A DNA stretch of 27,868 nt from Methanobacteriaceae archaeon (GTDB taxonomy: Archaea; Methanobacteriota; Methanobacteria; Methanobacteriales; Methanobacteriaceae): NCBI GenBank assembly GCA_003558085.1, contig PWMT01000152.1, positions 1 through 27,868 of the forward strand, in the 5' to 3' direction. Of the stretch, positions 19,231 through 27,573 are shown piece by piece. Position 1 is the stretch's first letter, and each line of letters opens with the position of its first letter. The notes beneath the pieces are model-generated. The model made no database searches. It was not told the DNA's origin and saw nothing but the letters and a program-made list of their open reading frames with translations. A program made the position numbers and the translations under genes.

Positions 19231-19342
19231 ATAATAAGGCTTTATAATTTAATTAATTAGCCAAATTCCATATCAGTAAAAAAGAATAGATATTTTTTCT
19301 AAAGTTTTAAATTAAACATAAATATTTCAAAAACTATTAAAT

Positions 19343-19786
19343 TTATTTTCCCCTAGAACTGGGGAATAGTTCTTGCTTTTTTATAACCATATAAATATCA
19401 ATCATTAAATCTTCTATTTCTTCAACGCTATTATCTACAGTTTTTTTAATTTCTTCCAAAGGCTTTATTTTCATATCTTTTTCTGCCTCCAGATTCTTCA
19501 TAGTCCGGGCGCGTAGTTGGGGTATAGAATCACTTTTATTAAAAAAAATTTTGGATCGGGGTACATTTTCCTTAATTTCTAGTTCTAAATTAATATTATG
19601 CCGGCGATTGAGGCAATCTAATTCAATAGCTCGGATTTCCTTAGAAACGTCATCTTTAAGTTCCAATAAACTCTCTCTTTTTTTCTTTAATTCCATTAAT
19701 GTTTTTTAGGAAATCGTTAAATCTAAATTTTCTCTTTTAAAATCCATTAATTCATTAACAGTATTCATATATTCTTTAGAATTCAT
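19343..19786 (-). pseudogene. Coiled-coil hypothetical gene interrupted by an in-frame TAA at codon 27 (or a shorter CDS 19343-19696)
   Basis: From ATG 19786 the frame reads MNSKEYMNTVNELMDFKRENLDLTIS*KTL and continues in frame into the listed MELKKKRESLL ORF. The TAA is at 19708-19706. Confidence 0.55.
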
Positions 19787-19803
19787 ATTAATCCCAAATT
19801 AAA

Positions 19804-20154
19804 TCAGGAATCATTTATATTAATGATAAAATGTAATAATTGGTCTTTTACCTGGCATTTAGTTCTGATTTCAGAATTTTCCTTTTCCATTTCTCTAAAT
19901 TTATAAAAAATGTTGGATAAAGAAGTGGTGTTGAAAAAACCGGTTTTATTTTCTGGTTTAGAAGATATTAAAACTATATTTACGGTTTGATTTTCAATGA
20001 GTACATTATAATTAATAGCATTCAGATATATTCCATCAGAAAGTCTTAACAATAATTTAATGTATTTAATAGGTAGCTGACTCTTACTAATGATTTCTTT
20101 TATTTTATCATTTTCCCGACATTGTTCCAAGTCAATATCCACCAAGACCACCAC
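19804..20154 (-). CDS. Hypothetical protein
   Basis: 116-aa ORF with GTG start and protein-like composition, divergent from the DUF61-like gene. No motif recognised. Confidence 0.7.
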   Translation of the reverse strand: MVVLVDIDLEQCRENDKIKEIISKSQLPIKYIKLLLRLSDGIYLNAINYNVLIENQTVNIVLISSKPENKTGFFNTTSLSNIFYKFREMEKENSEIRTKCQVKDQLLHFIININDS

Positions 20155-20217
20155 ATAACTATAAGTTATTTATATCATATAAAAATAATCAATAAGTGAT
20201 TTAATTGATGGTATATT

Positions 20218-20619
20218 ATGCGAGAAGATGATCGATCTCATCATTTATTGAAAAAACAAATTTTAATTTTGAATCGTCATCTCCCTAGAAGGAGAAAAAC
20301 GCTTCAAGATTTAATCCAAGAAGATAAACCTCATGTTGTAGGTTCAGATGGAATTAGGCACCGTTTTAATAATGAGGAAATCAAATTTTTAACTGAAATT
20401 ATAGAATCTGATGATCTAAGAAGAATTAAACTACCTATATATATTGAAATTAATTCTAAAAATTCTGGTTATAAGATTTCAGGAATAATGGAGACTAAAG
20501 TGGTATGCAAAATACTTAAAATAGAAAATTGTGATGATCCGCTATTTATTTACCGGAATGATATGAAAAAACTGAGAAAAAAACTTCCTTCAACCACTCA
20601 ATACATTTTTCTTAGGTAA
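20218..20619 (+). CDS. DUF61 (UPF0216) family protein
   Basis: LNRHLPRRRKTL.DL..EDKP, DG..H.F...E, LPIYIE and LRKKLPSTTQYIF are characteristic of this archaeal family. Confidence 0.8.
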   Translation: MREDDRSHHLLKKQILILNRHLPRRRKTLQDLIQEDKPHVVGSDGIRHRFNNEEIKFLTEIIESDDLRRIKLPIYIEINSKNSGYKISGIMETKVVCKILKIENCDDPLFIYRNDMKKLRKKLPSTTQYIFLR

Positions 20620-20763
20620 AAAGTAACTATATAACTAATAAAATCAATCATCAGCCGCATAGAATTGGAGCAATATATTTAAAATCATTATTTATTATTA
20701 AAAATAAAGATTTATTTTAATAAAAGTGAATAAATAATACCTAAATTTAATTAGGGTGATTTA

Positions 20764-20919
20764 ATGAGTAAAGATCCTCTGGAGGAATTTCTTAAAGATC
20801 CTGATAGGCGTGCAAAAGCATTTCTAGTTTTAACAGGAGCAATGATTCTTTCTACCATACTTATTGTGATTGGCACCATAGTTTTCATTTTAACAGCAAT
20901 AGGAATCATCAATTTATAA
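20764..20919 (+). CDS. Small membrane protein, 51 aa (absent from the ORF track)
   Basis: MSKDPLEEFLKDPDRRAKAFLVLTGAMILSTILIVIGTIVFILTAIGIINL*. GGGTGAT SD ends 3 nt before the ATG. The stop lies 4 nt from the convergent ATP-grasp stop. Confidence 0.8.
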   Translation: MSKDPLEEFLKDPDRRAKAFLVLTGAMILSTILIVIGTIVFILTAIGIINL

Positions 20920-20923
20920 TCCA

Positions 20924-22045
20924 TCAACACTTTCTCCATTTCTCTTTTAACTGTTTAGAAGTTATATTAACTTTATATTGGACTTCAGCTAAATCTTTGG
21001 CTGCGTGAATCACAGTTGCTATTGGCTCTCCTTTTTCTATAATGGTATTGGTTAAAGGTACATCGTGCACGCCAGGGTTATTTAAGTTTCCTACTTTAGT
21101 TTTATATGGGGCATAGAGAATTTTTTTTAAGGTATACTTATTAGGCTTAGGGCAATTAATTAATTCTCCTTGACAGGCTTTAACATGAGCCTCTATCATA
21201 TTTATTCCTAAAGAAGATTCTGAACATTCAAAGGTACCTTGAATACGGGGATTTACTTCTATTATGTAAATATCATTGTCCTTTATTATCATATCTACTC
21301 CATTGGAACCGATAAGTGATAGTTCTTTCACTACTTCCTGGGCAACAGAATTGAATTTAACATCTATCCCGGGATAAGGAGCAACATTACCGGCGTATAT
21401 GAAACTATTTTTTGAAGCATAATCTTCAACATATAATTGTCTACTACTTATAATGGCCTTGCTTTCTTTAATAGTTGATAATACCGATGTTGAAACATTT
21501 TCTCCAGGGATGAATTCTTGTAAAATAAAATTTTCATCGTCAAGTTCCCTTTTCCTCTTATTTAATTTTTCGATACCATAACCTCCTGATCCGAAGATCG
21601 GTTTTATGATAAATTCTTTTTCAGGAAATTGTAATCTTATTTCCTGGATTTCTTCTAGACTTGGTGATAAGTAGGTAAGAGGTAAAAGGAATTTCTTCTT
21701 TAATTTTTTATACAATTTATATTTATTTACTATATTTTCCACTCTTTTATTTCCTAATATTTTAGAGGAGGGAAAATTATCTGGTAAAACACCAGTATAG
21801 GGAATAATATGATCTACTCTATCTATATAAGATGATGCTAAATCTAATAAAACTGAGGAATGGAATGATTCTTCAAAGTTGCCACAAGAATAATCGGTCT
21901 TCTGCTTTAAGATACATTTTTTATGGTGGTAACTATTAAAATCTGAGGTGCAAAAGTAGCTGGTAGAAAATATTTCATATCCCAGTTGATAAGCAGATTG
22001 AGTCAATGGTCGAGTGTTAACTCCTACAAGCAGCATCTTTTCCAT
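20924..22045 (-). CDS. ATP-grasp domain protein (COG2232-like), substrate unknown
   Basis: IIKPIFGSGGYGI, ILQEFIPG, GSNGVDMI, IIEVNPRIQGT, KGEPIATV. Confidence 0.85.
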   Translation of the reverse strand: MEKMLLVGVNTRPLTQSAYQLGYEIFSTSYFCTSDFNSYHHKKCILKQKTDYSCGNFEESFHSSVLLDLASSYIDRVDHIIPYTGVLPDNFPSSKILGNKRVENIVNKYKLYKKLKKKFLLPLTYLSPSLEEIQEIRLQFPEKEFIIKPIFGSGGYGIEKLNKRKRELDDENFILQEFIPGENVSTSVLSTIKESKAIISSRQLYVEDYASKNSFIYAGNVAPYPGIDVKFNSVAQEVVKELSLIGSNGVDMIIKDNDIYIIEVNPRIQGTFECSESSLGINMIEAHVKACQGELINCPKPNKYTLKKILYAPYKTKVGNLNNPGVHDVPLTNTIIEKGEPIATVIHAAKDLAEVQYKVNITSKQLKEKWRKC

Positions 22046-22247
22046 AGTACAACCTTATGAATGATTATTATATTTTCCTGGTAAATAATTTAGTAATGTA
22101 AATTTTTAACCCTAAAATTAATAGAGTAACCTCATAGGATTTAATTATTGTAAATTTAATAAAATATATACTAATACTAATTTAATTAATTAGAAATAGC
22201 TTTAAGATCTATTCTATATTATACATCTAATTTAATGAAAATAAGGA

Positions 22248-22319
22248 TAGTCCCGAGCGGAGTCGAACCGCCGTCGCCGGGTCCAAAGCCCAGCAGGATT
22301 ACCACTACCCCACGGGACT
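22248..22319 (-). tRNA. tRNA-Gln (anticodon TTG), intronless, CCA not encoded
   Basis: Minus strand reads AGTCCCG-TGGGGTAGTGGTAATCCTG-CTGGG-CTTTGGA-CCCGG-CGAC-GGCGG-TTCGACT-CCGCT-CGGGACT-A. It folds into a full cloverleaf with the A1-U72 pair typical of archaeal tRNA-Gln. Confidence 0.96.
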
Positions 22320-22383
22320 AGTCGGGATTTTTGGTATGAATTGCCTGCTTGAATGAGGCAATCTAAACCTTTACTTAATTTAC

Positions 22384-22399
22384 TATTTAAAGTTATCGG
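22384..22399 (-). promoter_or_regulatory. BRE/TATA promoter of tRNA-Gln
   Basis: Minus strand CCGATAAC-TTTAAATA, a BRE-like element directly upstream of a consensus methanogen TATA box. Confidence 0.65.
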
Positions 22400-22658
22400 A
22401 CACCCTAGACCTAAAATAAAAAAGACTACACTTAATATTATTCAAAATAATAGGTAATAGATGATTTAGCAAGTATCGATGTTTTTAATTGACTTATATA
22501 TCTCTTTTATACTGGTAGTGATATTTTACTATACTTTTGCCACAAAAAAATAGTTAGGGGAGATAGTAATCTTAGATATTATATTAGCATATTATTTGGA
22601 TTATGTAATAATCATTTTTAGTTTTAAATTACTTTTTTTTAGGATTTAAAGTTAATAT

Positions 22659-23027
22659 TCATAATTTTTTAACTTTGAAATTTTCATCTAACCACAGGCC
22701 AATCACTGGTAAGGAGGGTATCAAATTTTTTATAACATTTATGGAGAGATTGATTTGTTTTTGGTGCAACTCATCGCTTACTGGGTTAGCTGCACAGTCG
22801 TGATGACCTACTACAAAAATCATTTGGGATCCATGATTTATGGTGGATATATTCAGTTTTTTTAATAGTTTAGTATCATATTTTTCAGAGGATAGTATTT
22901 CTACCATACCTGCTTCGGTGATCATATCCACATGATCCACAGGATACTGGGAGGTAATCCATTGGATTACGGGTAATTGTGTTCTTCCATCCATACAATT
23001 TAAACAAGTGGCAAATTTATTTTCCAT
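22659..23027 (-). CDS. Minimal beta-class carbonic anhydrase-like protein
   Basis: Zn-ligand motifs CMDGR (C-x-D-x-R) and HHDC (H-x2-C). Probable start ATG 23027 (MENKFATC) overlaps the end of purC. Confidence 0.8.
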   Translation of the reverse strand: MENKFATCLNCMDGRTQLPVIQWITSQYPVDHVDMITEAGMVEILSSEKYDTKLLKKLNISTINHGSQMIFVVGHHDCAANPVSDELHQKQINLSINVIKNLIPSLPVIGLWLDENFKVKKL

Positions 23028-24048
23028 CCAGTTCTCTCCCAATCGCAGCTATTATTTCCATAAGAGGTGATGAATCTTTAAACCATTCTCGACCAGTTAT
23101 TTCGTTGGTGCAGGCACAATAAAGTTCTGAAATCAGAGATTTTAATTTAGGGGGTAAAGGATTAGGATTAACTGAGCATATGTTTTTCCATTCAGCCCTG
23201 TTTTCATTTTTAGCCTTTTCTGTTTCCTTATGCCAATTGGTACCTCGGTAATGTATTCTAGTTATTTCTTTACTTACCGGTAAACCCTTAAAAGTGAAAC
23301 GGCATTCATCTAGAGTACCTAATACATCTACCAGCATTATTTCCCTTTGAGGAGTGAAACCAACTTCAATCTTACCATCTTCATTTACAATGCCTATTTT
23401 AGCAAATTCAGAGCTTATAGTTTCATTGGCAATCTCTAAAACTTGCTTCACTTCTTCTATTTCATCTTTACTTAATCCTGAAATTTGCTGAGCCTCATCC
23501 CAACTAATATATCTATCAGTTACTTCTAATTTAGTGGAAACATCCAGAATGGGTGTCTCCAATTTTTCATTGGGTGAGGGTAGTTTATCCAATCCTAAAT
23601 CTTCTAAATCTATTTCTTCTCTTTCTAAACGACCAAAAACACTACTTCCTTCCGGTATATAATTTCTATAGATCATTTCTAATGGTATTAGAAAATTACC
23701 TTCCAATTTTTCGTATACGGAGTAATCATACTCAGTATTTCGACGTTCTGGTTCAATTACTTTTAACAGTTTTACTTGCATTTGGTTAGATGGTTTTTTT
23801 AATTCAGATAATCTTTTCACTACTCCATCTTCAATTAGGCCTAGATAGTGGGTTTTAAATCCCATCTTCTCAAATTTTTCAAAAAAATAAGCTCCTAATA
23901 TAGATATTGCTTCGCCTTTATGAGGTATAAGATCGGGCATTTCCCCCCAATCAAAAATAGAGTATCTATCAGAGAATATGAATTTTCCTATACCTTCTTG
24001 ATCGTCTCTTGGTTTTTTTATTATTTTTAAATCTTTTACACTACCCAT
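23017..24048 (-). CDS. purC: Phosphoribosylaminoimidazole-succinocarboxamide (SAICAR) synthase, long form
   Basis: MGSVKDL, FSDRYSIFDW...IPHKG, IPLEMIYRNY..GS, STKLE..D, DGKIEVG, DVLGTLDECRF, SKE..R. The ATG at 24048 follows a GAGGAG SD. Confidence 0.93.
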   Translation of the reverse strand: MGSVKDLKIIKKPRDDQEGIGKFIFSDRYSIFDWGEMPDLIPHKGEAISILGAYFFEKFEKMGFKTHYLGLIEDGVVKRLSELKKPSNQMQVKLLKVIEPERRNTEYDYSVYEKLEGNFLIPLEMIYRNYIPEGSSVFGRLEREEIDLEDLGLDKLPSPNEKLETPILDVSTKLEVTDRYISWDEAQQISGLSKDEIEEVKQVLEIANETISSEFAKIGIVNEDGKIEVGFTPQREIMLVDVLGTLDECRFTFKGLPVSKEITRIHYRGTNWHKETEKAKNENRAEWKNICSVNPNPLPPKLKSLISELYCACTNEITGREWFKDSSPLMEIIAAIGRELDGK

Positions 24049-24124
24049 GTTCAGTCTCCTCATATTTCTGGTGAGTAGGGTGGTCTCACCTATTCTTAAT
24101 GATTAATAATGATTAGTCTTCGGG

Positions 24125-24141
24125 CTTTTTATAGTTAACGA
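24125..24141 (-). promoter_or_regulatory. BRE/TATA candidate for purC
   Basis: Minus strand TCGTTAAC-TATAAAAAG, about 80 nt upstream of the purC ATG. Confidence 0.45.
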
Positions 24142-24231
24142 ATTTTATAATAATATTAAGTTATATATTATTAAAAATAGATTTTTTACTAAACTGTAAA
24201 ATTAAAGTAAGTTTAAAATAGAATATAAATT

Positions 24232-25716
24232 ATGTTTAACCTTGATTTTTTTGGAGGAGTAAATGAAATTGGTGGTAACAAAATCCTTCTCCATCATGAT
24301 GATTCAAAATACTTCTTGGATTTTGGGATGAGTTTCAGCCAGGCCAATAAATATTTTTCAGAATTTTTACAGCCTAGAAAGACTAACGGGGTTTTAGATT
24401 TTATTGAATTCGGCCTTCTGCCAAAAATGAAAGGCATATACCGAGAAGACTATATGAAACATTCTGGTTTACCCTATGATAGACAACCAGGAGTGGATGG
24501 GGTTTTCTTATCTCATGCCCATATGGATCATTCTGCATATATTAATCATTTAAGGTATGATATTCCTATCTATCTCAGTGAAGAAACTTATTTAATACTT
24601 AAACTTATTGAAGATACCAGCCGAGTTTCCTTTACTGACTTGATCAACCTAAAAACTGATTTTCAGTTAACTCCTCGAAAAAGGATGGATGGCTATAAGC
24701 GGTTGCCCCGAAATCATTGTCAGAAAAAACGAAAGATAAAAATGATGAAACCTTATAAATATTATGAGGTTGGGGATTTAAAGGTGAAAATGGTACCTGT
24801 TGACCACTCACTTCCAGGTGCCAACGCCTATTTAGTGGAAACTGATGATAATAGTTTGGTTTACACTGGGGATTTCCGTTTTCATGGTAGAAAACCTAAA
24901 CTAAGTCAAAAATTGGTAAAAGCTTGTCAAAAATTAAATCCACACATAATGATTTGTGAAGGAACCCGTATGTTGGATTCAGATAGTGTTTCTGAGAAGG
25001 ATGTGCAGCAGATAATCAGCACTAAAATTAGAGATTATAAAGGCTTCGTAGCTATAAATTACCCTATCCGCGACTTGGATAGATTATTAACCTTTTATAA
25101 TATTGCTCAGGAGGTAGGGCGGGAATTAGTGGTTAACTTAAAACAAGCCTATATGTTAAACTTATTTAAAGGCAAAGGTTATCCAGATATAAGTGATGTT
25201 GCTATATATGTTCCCCGGAAAGGATGGGGGTTGATAGATAATGAATCATATGCTTTTTATCAGGATCAATGGATATGCTCACCAAAAATAGATGAATATC
25301 AAATTCATTTCGACTATAATCGTTGGGAAAGGGACTTGTTAAACCAGGAAAATACTATCAACTATACCCATATTCGAGAAAATCCTGCTCAATATTTGTT
25401 TCGCTGCGATTTTTTTGAACTGAAAGAATTAATCGATATTAAACCTGAAAAAGGTCTCTATATTAGATCCATGACCGAACCATTCGATGAGGAAACTTTC
25501 ATAGACTATAAAAAAGTACTTAATTGGCTGGAACACTTTAATCTTAAAATGTTCCAGGTCCATGCCTCTGGCCATGCCAGTGGTAAGGAGATACTGGAAA
25601 TGATAAGAGAAATTAATCCGGAAAAAGTCTATCCGGTACATACTTTATCCAGCTCTAGTTTCCAAGAACTTGAAGAAAACGATATAGAGGTAATTATTCC
25701 TCCACTTAAAAAGTGA
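24232..25716 (+). CDS. Metallo-beta-lactamase/beta-CASP nuclease, RNase J-like
   Basis: GGVNEIGGN, LDFG, SHAHMDH (motif 2), VDHSLPG (motif 3), YTGDFR (motif 4), CEGT, HASGH and PVH (beta-CASP motifs B and C). Confidence 0.85.
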   Translation: MFNLDFFGGVNEIGGNKILLHHDDSKYFLDFGMSFSQANKYFSEFLQPRKTNGVLDFIEFGLLPKMKGIYREDYMKHSGLPYDRQPGVDGVFLSHAHMDHSAYINHLRYDIPIYLSEETYLILKLIEDTSRVSFTDLINLKTDFQLTPRKRMDGYKRLPRNHCQKKRKIKMMKPYKYYEVGDLKVKMVPVDHSLPGANAYLVETDDNSLVYTGDFRFHGRKPKLSQKLVKACQKLNPHIMICEGTRMLDSDSVSEKDVQQIISTKIRDYKGFVAINYPIRDLDRLLTFYNIAQEVGRELVVNLKQAYMLNLFKGKGYPDISDVAIYVPRKGWGLIDNESYAFYQDQWICSPKIDEYQIHFDYNRWERDLLNQENTINYTHIRENPAQYLFRCDFFELKELIDIKPEKGLYIRSMTEPFDEETFIDYKKVLNWLEHFNLKMFQVHASGHASGKEILEMIREINPEKVYPVHTLSSSSFQELEENDIEVIIPPLKK

Positions 25717-25744
25717 ATTAATTATACCACCGGAAGGATTCTAA

Positions 25745-26653
25745 ATGATCACTAAAAATGATGAAGATTATGTAGAGAACTTAAACAAAAATCGGGAAAT
25801 TAATACAACCTTTTTGATTTCTAATAAGGAAATAAAAAGAACAAATATGGGTAAAAAATATATCCAGTTAGATTTATCTGATAAAACTGGTTTAATAGTA
25901 GCTAGAACTTTCCCAGAAGAAAACATAGACTCAATTTTTGCTTCTATTCAACTGGGAAAGGTATATCAAATAAGGGGAAAATTAAATGAGTTTCCCCGGG
26001 GATCTGGAAAATTCAGCATCATATTTAACGCCCATAAACCACTTAAAGCTGATGAATATGATTTAGTCGATTATATTCGCTCTACCCCACGAGATAAGGA
26101 TATTATGATCCTAGAAATTTATAATGCCATTAAAAGCATGCAGAATGATCAATTAAAAGCTCTGTTGAAGTCTTTTTTTTGTGATGAGAATTTTACAGAT
26201 AAATTCTTTAACTATCCTTCTGCCAAATATTATCACCATAATTACCTGGGGGGCTTATTGGAACATACCGTAGGGGTCTTAGAGTTATGTAAAACTTCCT
26301 GTTATATATTCCCTGAATTAGATAAAGATCTTCTTTATACGGGAGCTCTGCTACATGATATTGGAAAGTTAGATACTTATGATTTTGATACAGTAACCAT
26401 AGATTATTCTCAGAAGGGTGAATTACTGGATCATTTATTTATAACCGCGAGTATGGTTAAAGAAAAGATAGATGAACTAGCTTTAAATGAAGAGCTATCT
26501 GATCAAGTACTGCATTTAATTTTAAGTCATCATGGTGAAGTGAAAAATGGTTGGGGATCTCCAGTAAATCCTAAAACTCCAGAAGCAATGGCCTTACATC
26601 ATGCAGATAATCTGGATGCTAAAGTAAAGGGTATACTGCAAAGGAAAATATAA
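25745..26653 (+). CDS. OB-fold + HD-domain nuclease, YhaM/Cbf1 family 3'-5' exoribonuclease-like
   Basis: N-terminal OB fold (GKKYIQLDLSDKTG), PSAKYYHHNYLGGLLEHT, LLHDIGK, G.LLDH, ILSHHG, GSPV.PKTPEA..LHHADNLDAK. Confidence 0.88.
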   Translation: MITKNDEDYVENLNKNREINTTFLISNKEIKRTNMGKKYIQLDLSDKTGLIVARTFPEENIDSIFASIQLGKVYQIRGKLNEFPRGSGKFSIIFNAHKPLKADEYDLVDYIRSTPRDKDIMILEIYNAIKSMQNDQLKALLKSFFCDENFTDKFFNYPSAKYYHHNYLGGLLEHTVGVLELCKTSCYIFPELDKDLLYTGALLHDIGKLDTYDFDTVTIDYSQKGELLDHLFITASMVKEKIDELALNEELSDQVLHLILSHHGEVKNGWGSPVNPKTPEAMALHHADNLDAKVKGILQRKI

Positions 26654-26695
26654 TATTAAATAATGGTTTAATCAATTTAAATAGTTAGCACGGTC

Positions 26696-27526
26696 ATGAA
26701 GTCTACCACACTACAAAGGGAAATTATTCAGAAATCTGAGGAACTTAATATTTCTCTCTTGGGATTTGCACCAGTAGATAGATGGGAAAAACCATCCAGC
26801 AAACTTCCAAATCAATTTGAAGAATGGATACCTCCAGAATTTTGGCCCCAATCTATTTATCCACATTGCAAAACTGTAATTGTAATTGGATTACCAGTTC
26901 CTTTACCCATTATAGAAACTGCACCATCCATCTATTATCATGAATTATATAAAACCGTAAACATATTGCTGGATATTAGGGCCTATGAACTAGCCAATTT
27001 TATCACAGATAAAGGTTATCCTTCTATTTCTCTTCCTAGAGATGGTTATGGCGATATAGATATTCTTTTAAATAATCCTATAACATTTTTTTCTCATCGA
27101 CATGCAGCTTATCTTGCTGGTCTGGGCTCTTTTGGTCAAAATAATGTTTTATTAACTCCTGAATATGGGCCGAGAGTTCGTTTCAATTCTATCTTCACCT
27201 CAGCTGAGCTGGAACCCACTCCCCTCCAATCTAGAGATATTTGCACTAGATGTCTTAAATGTGTGGAGTCCTGTCCAGTAAAGGCAATACCTCTTTTAGA
27301 TAAGAGTAAGGAATTTTTCCCGGATTTAATTGATAAAAAAAGTTGTGCCTTATGCAGCAAGGAACTTCGAGAAGAGCATAGATCGCCCTGTGGAATCTGT
27401 ATAAAGGTTTGTCCGGTAGGCAAAGATAGAGTGAACTATAACTGGGACGATATTTTAACTAATAGGAGAGAAAAATTAAAAAAAGCTGTAGATCATGTGA
27501 GGAGTTATGGAAGTAAAATTGAATGA
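26696..27526 (+). CDS. QueG/reductive-dehalogenase-like cobamide- and 2x[4Fe-4S]-binding protein
   Basis: LLGFAPVDRW, SHRHAAYLAGLGSFGQNNVLLTPEYGPRVRF..IFT, CTRCLKCVESCP, and CALC...CGICIKVCP. Confidence 0.8.
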   Translation: MKSTTLQREIIQKSEELNISLLGFAPVDRWEKPSSKLPNQFEEWIPPEFWPQSIYPHCKTVIVIGLPVPLPIIETAPSIYYHELYKTVNILLDIRAYELANFITDKGYPSISLPRDGYGDIDILLNNPITFFSHRHAAYLAGLGSFGQNNVLLTPEYGPRVRFNSIFTSAELEPTPLQSRDICTRCLKCVESCPVKAIPLLDKSKEFFPDLIDKKSCALCSKELREEHRSPCGICIKVCPVGKDRVNYNWDDILTNRREKLKKAVDHVRSYGSKIE

Positions 27527-27573
27527 GATCTGTAAGCATATCCTAGATAATTAAAAATTTTAGAGTTTTTGAT

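Noticed and set aside
20751-20939. 62-aa minus-strand ORF
   Set aside because: Better explained as the antisense of the 51-aa plus-strand membrane ORF, which has a strong SD.
22046-22658. Integrated element or att site at tRNA-Gln
   Set aside because: No integrase, no duplicate of the tRNA 3' end was seen, and the flanking genes look chromosomal.
24148-24173. Inverted repeat TAATAATAT-N8-ATATTATTA between purC and the beta-CASP gene
   Set aside because: Composed only of A and T in a very AT-rich spacer, so it cannot be distinguished from chance without conservation data.
23553-27423. ORFs 23553-23789 (+), 25429-25641 (-) and 27136-27423 (-)
   Set aside because: Antisense shadows of purC, the beta-CASP gene and the QueG-like gene.
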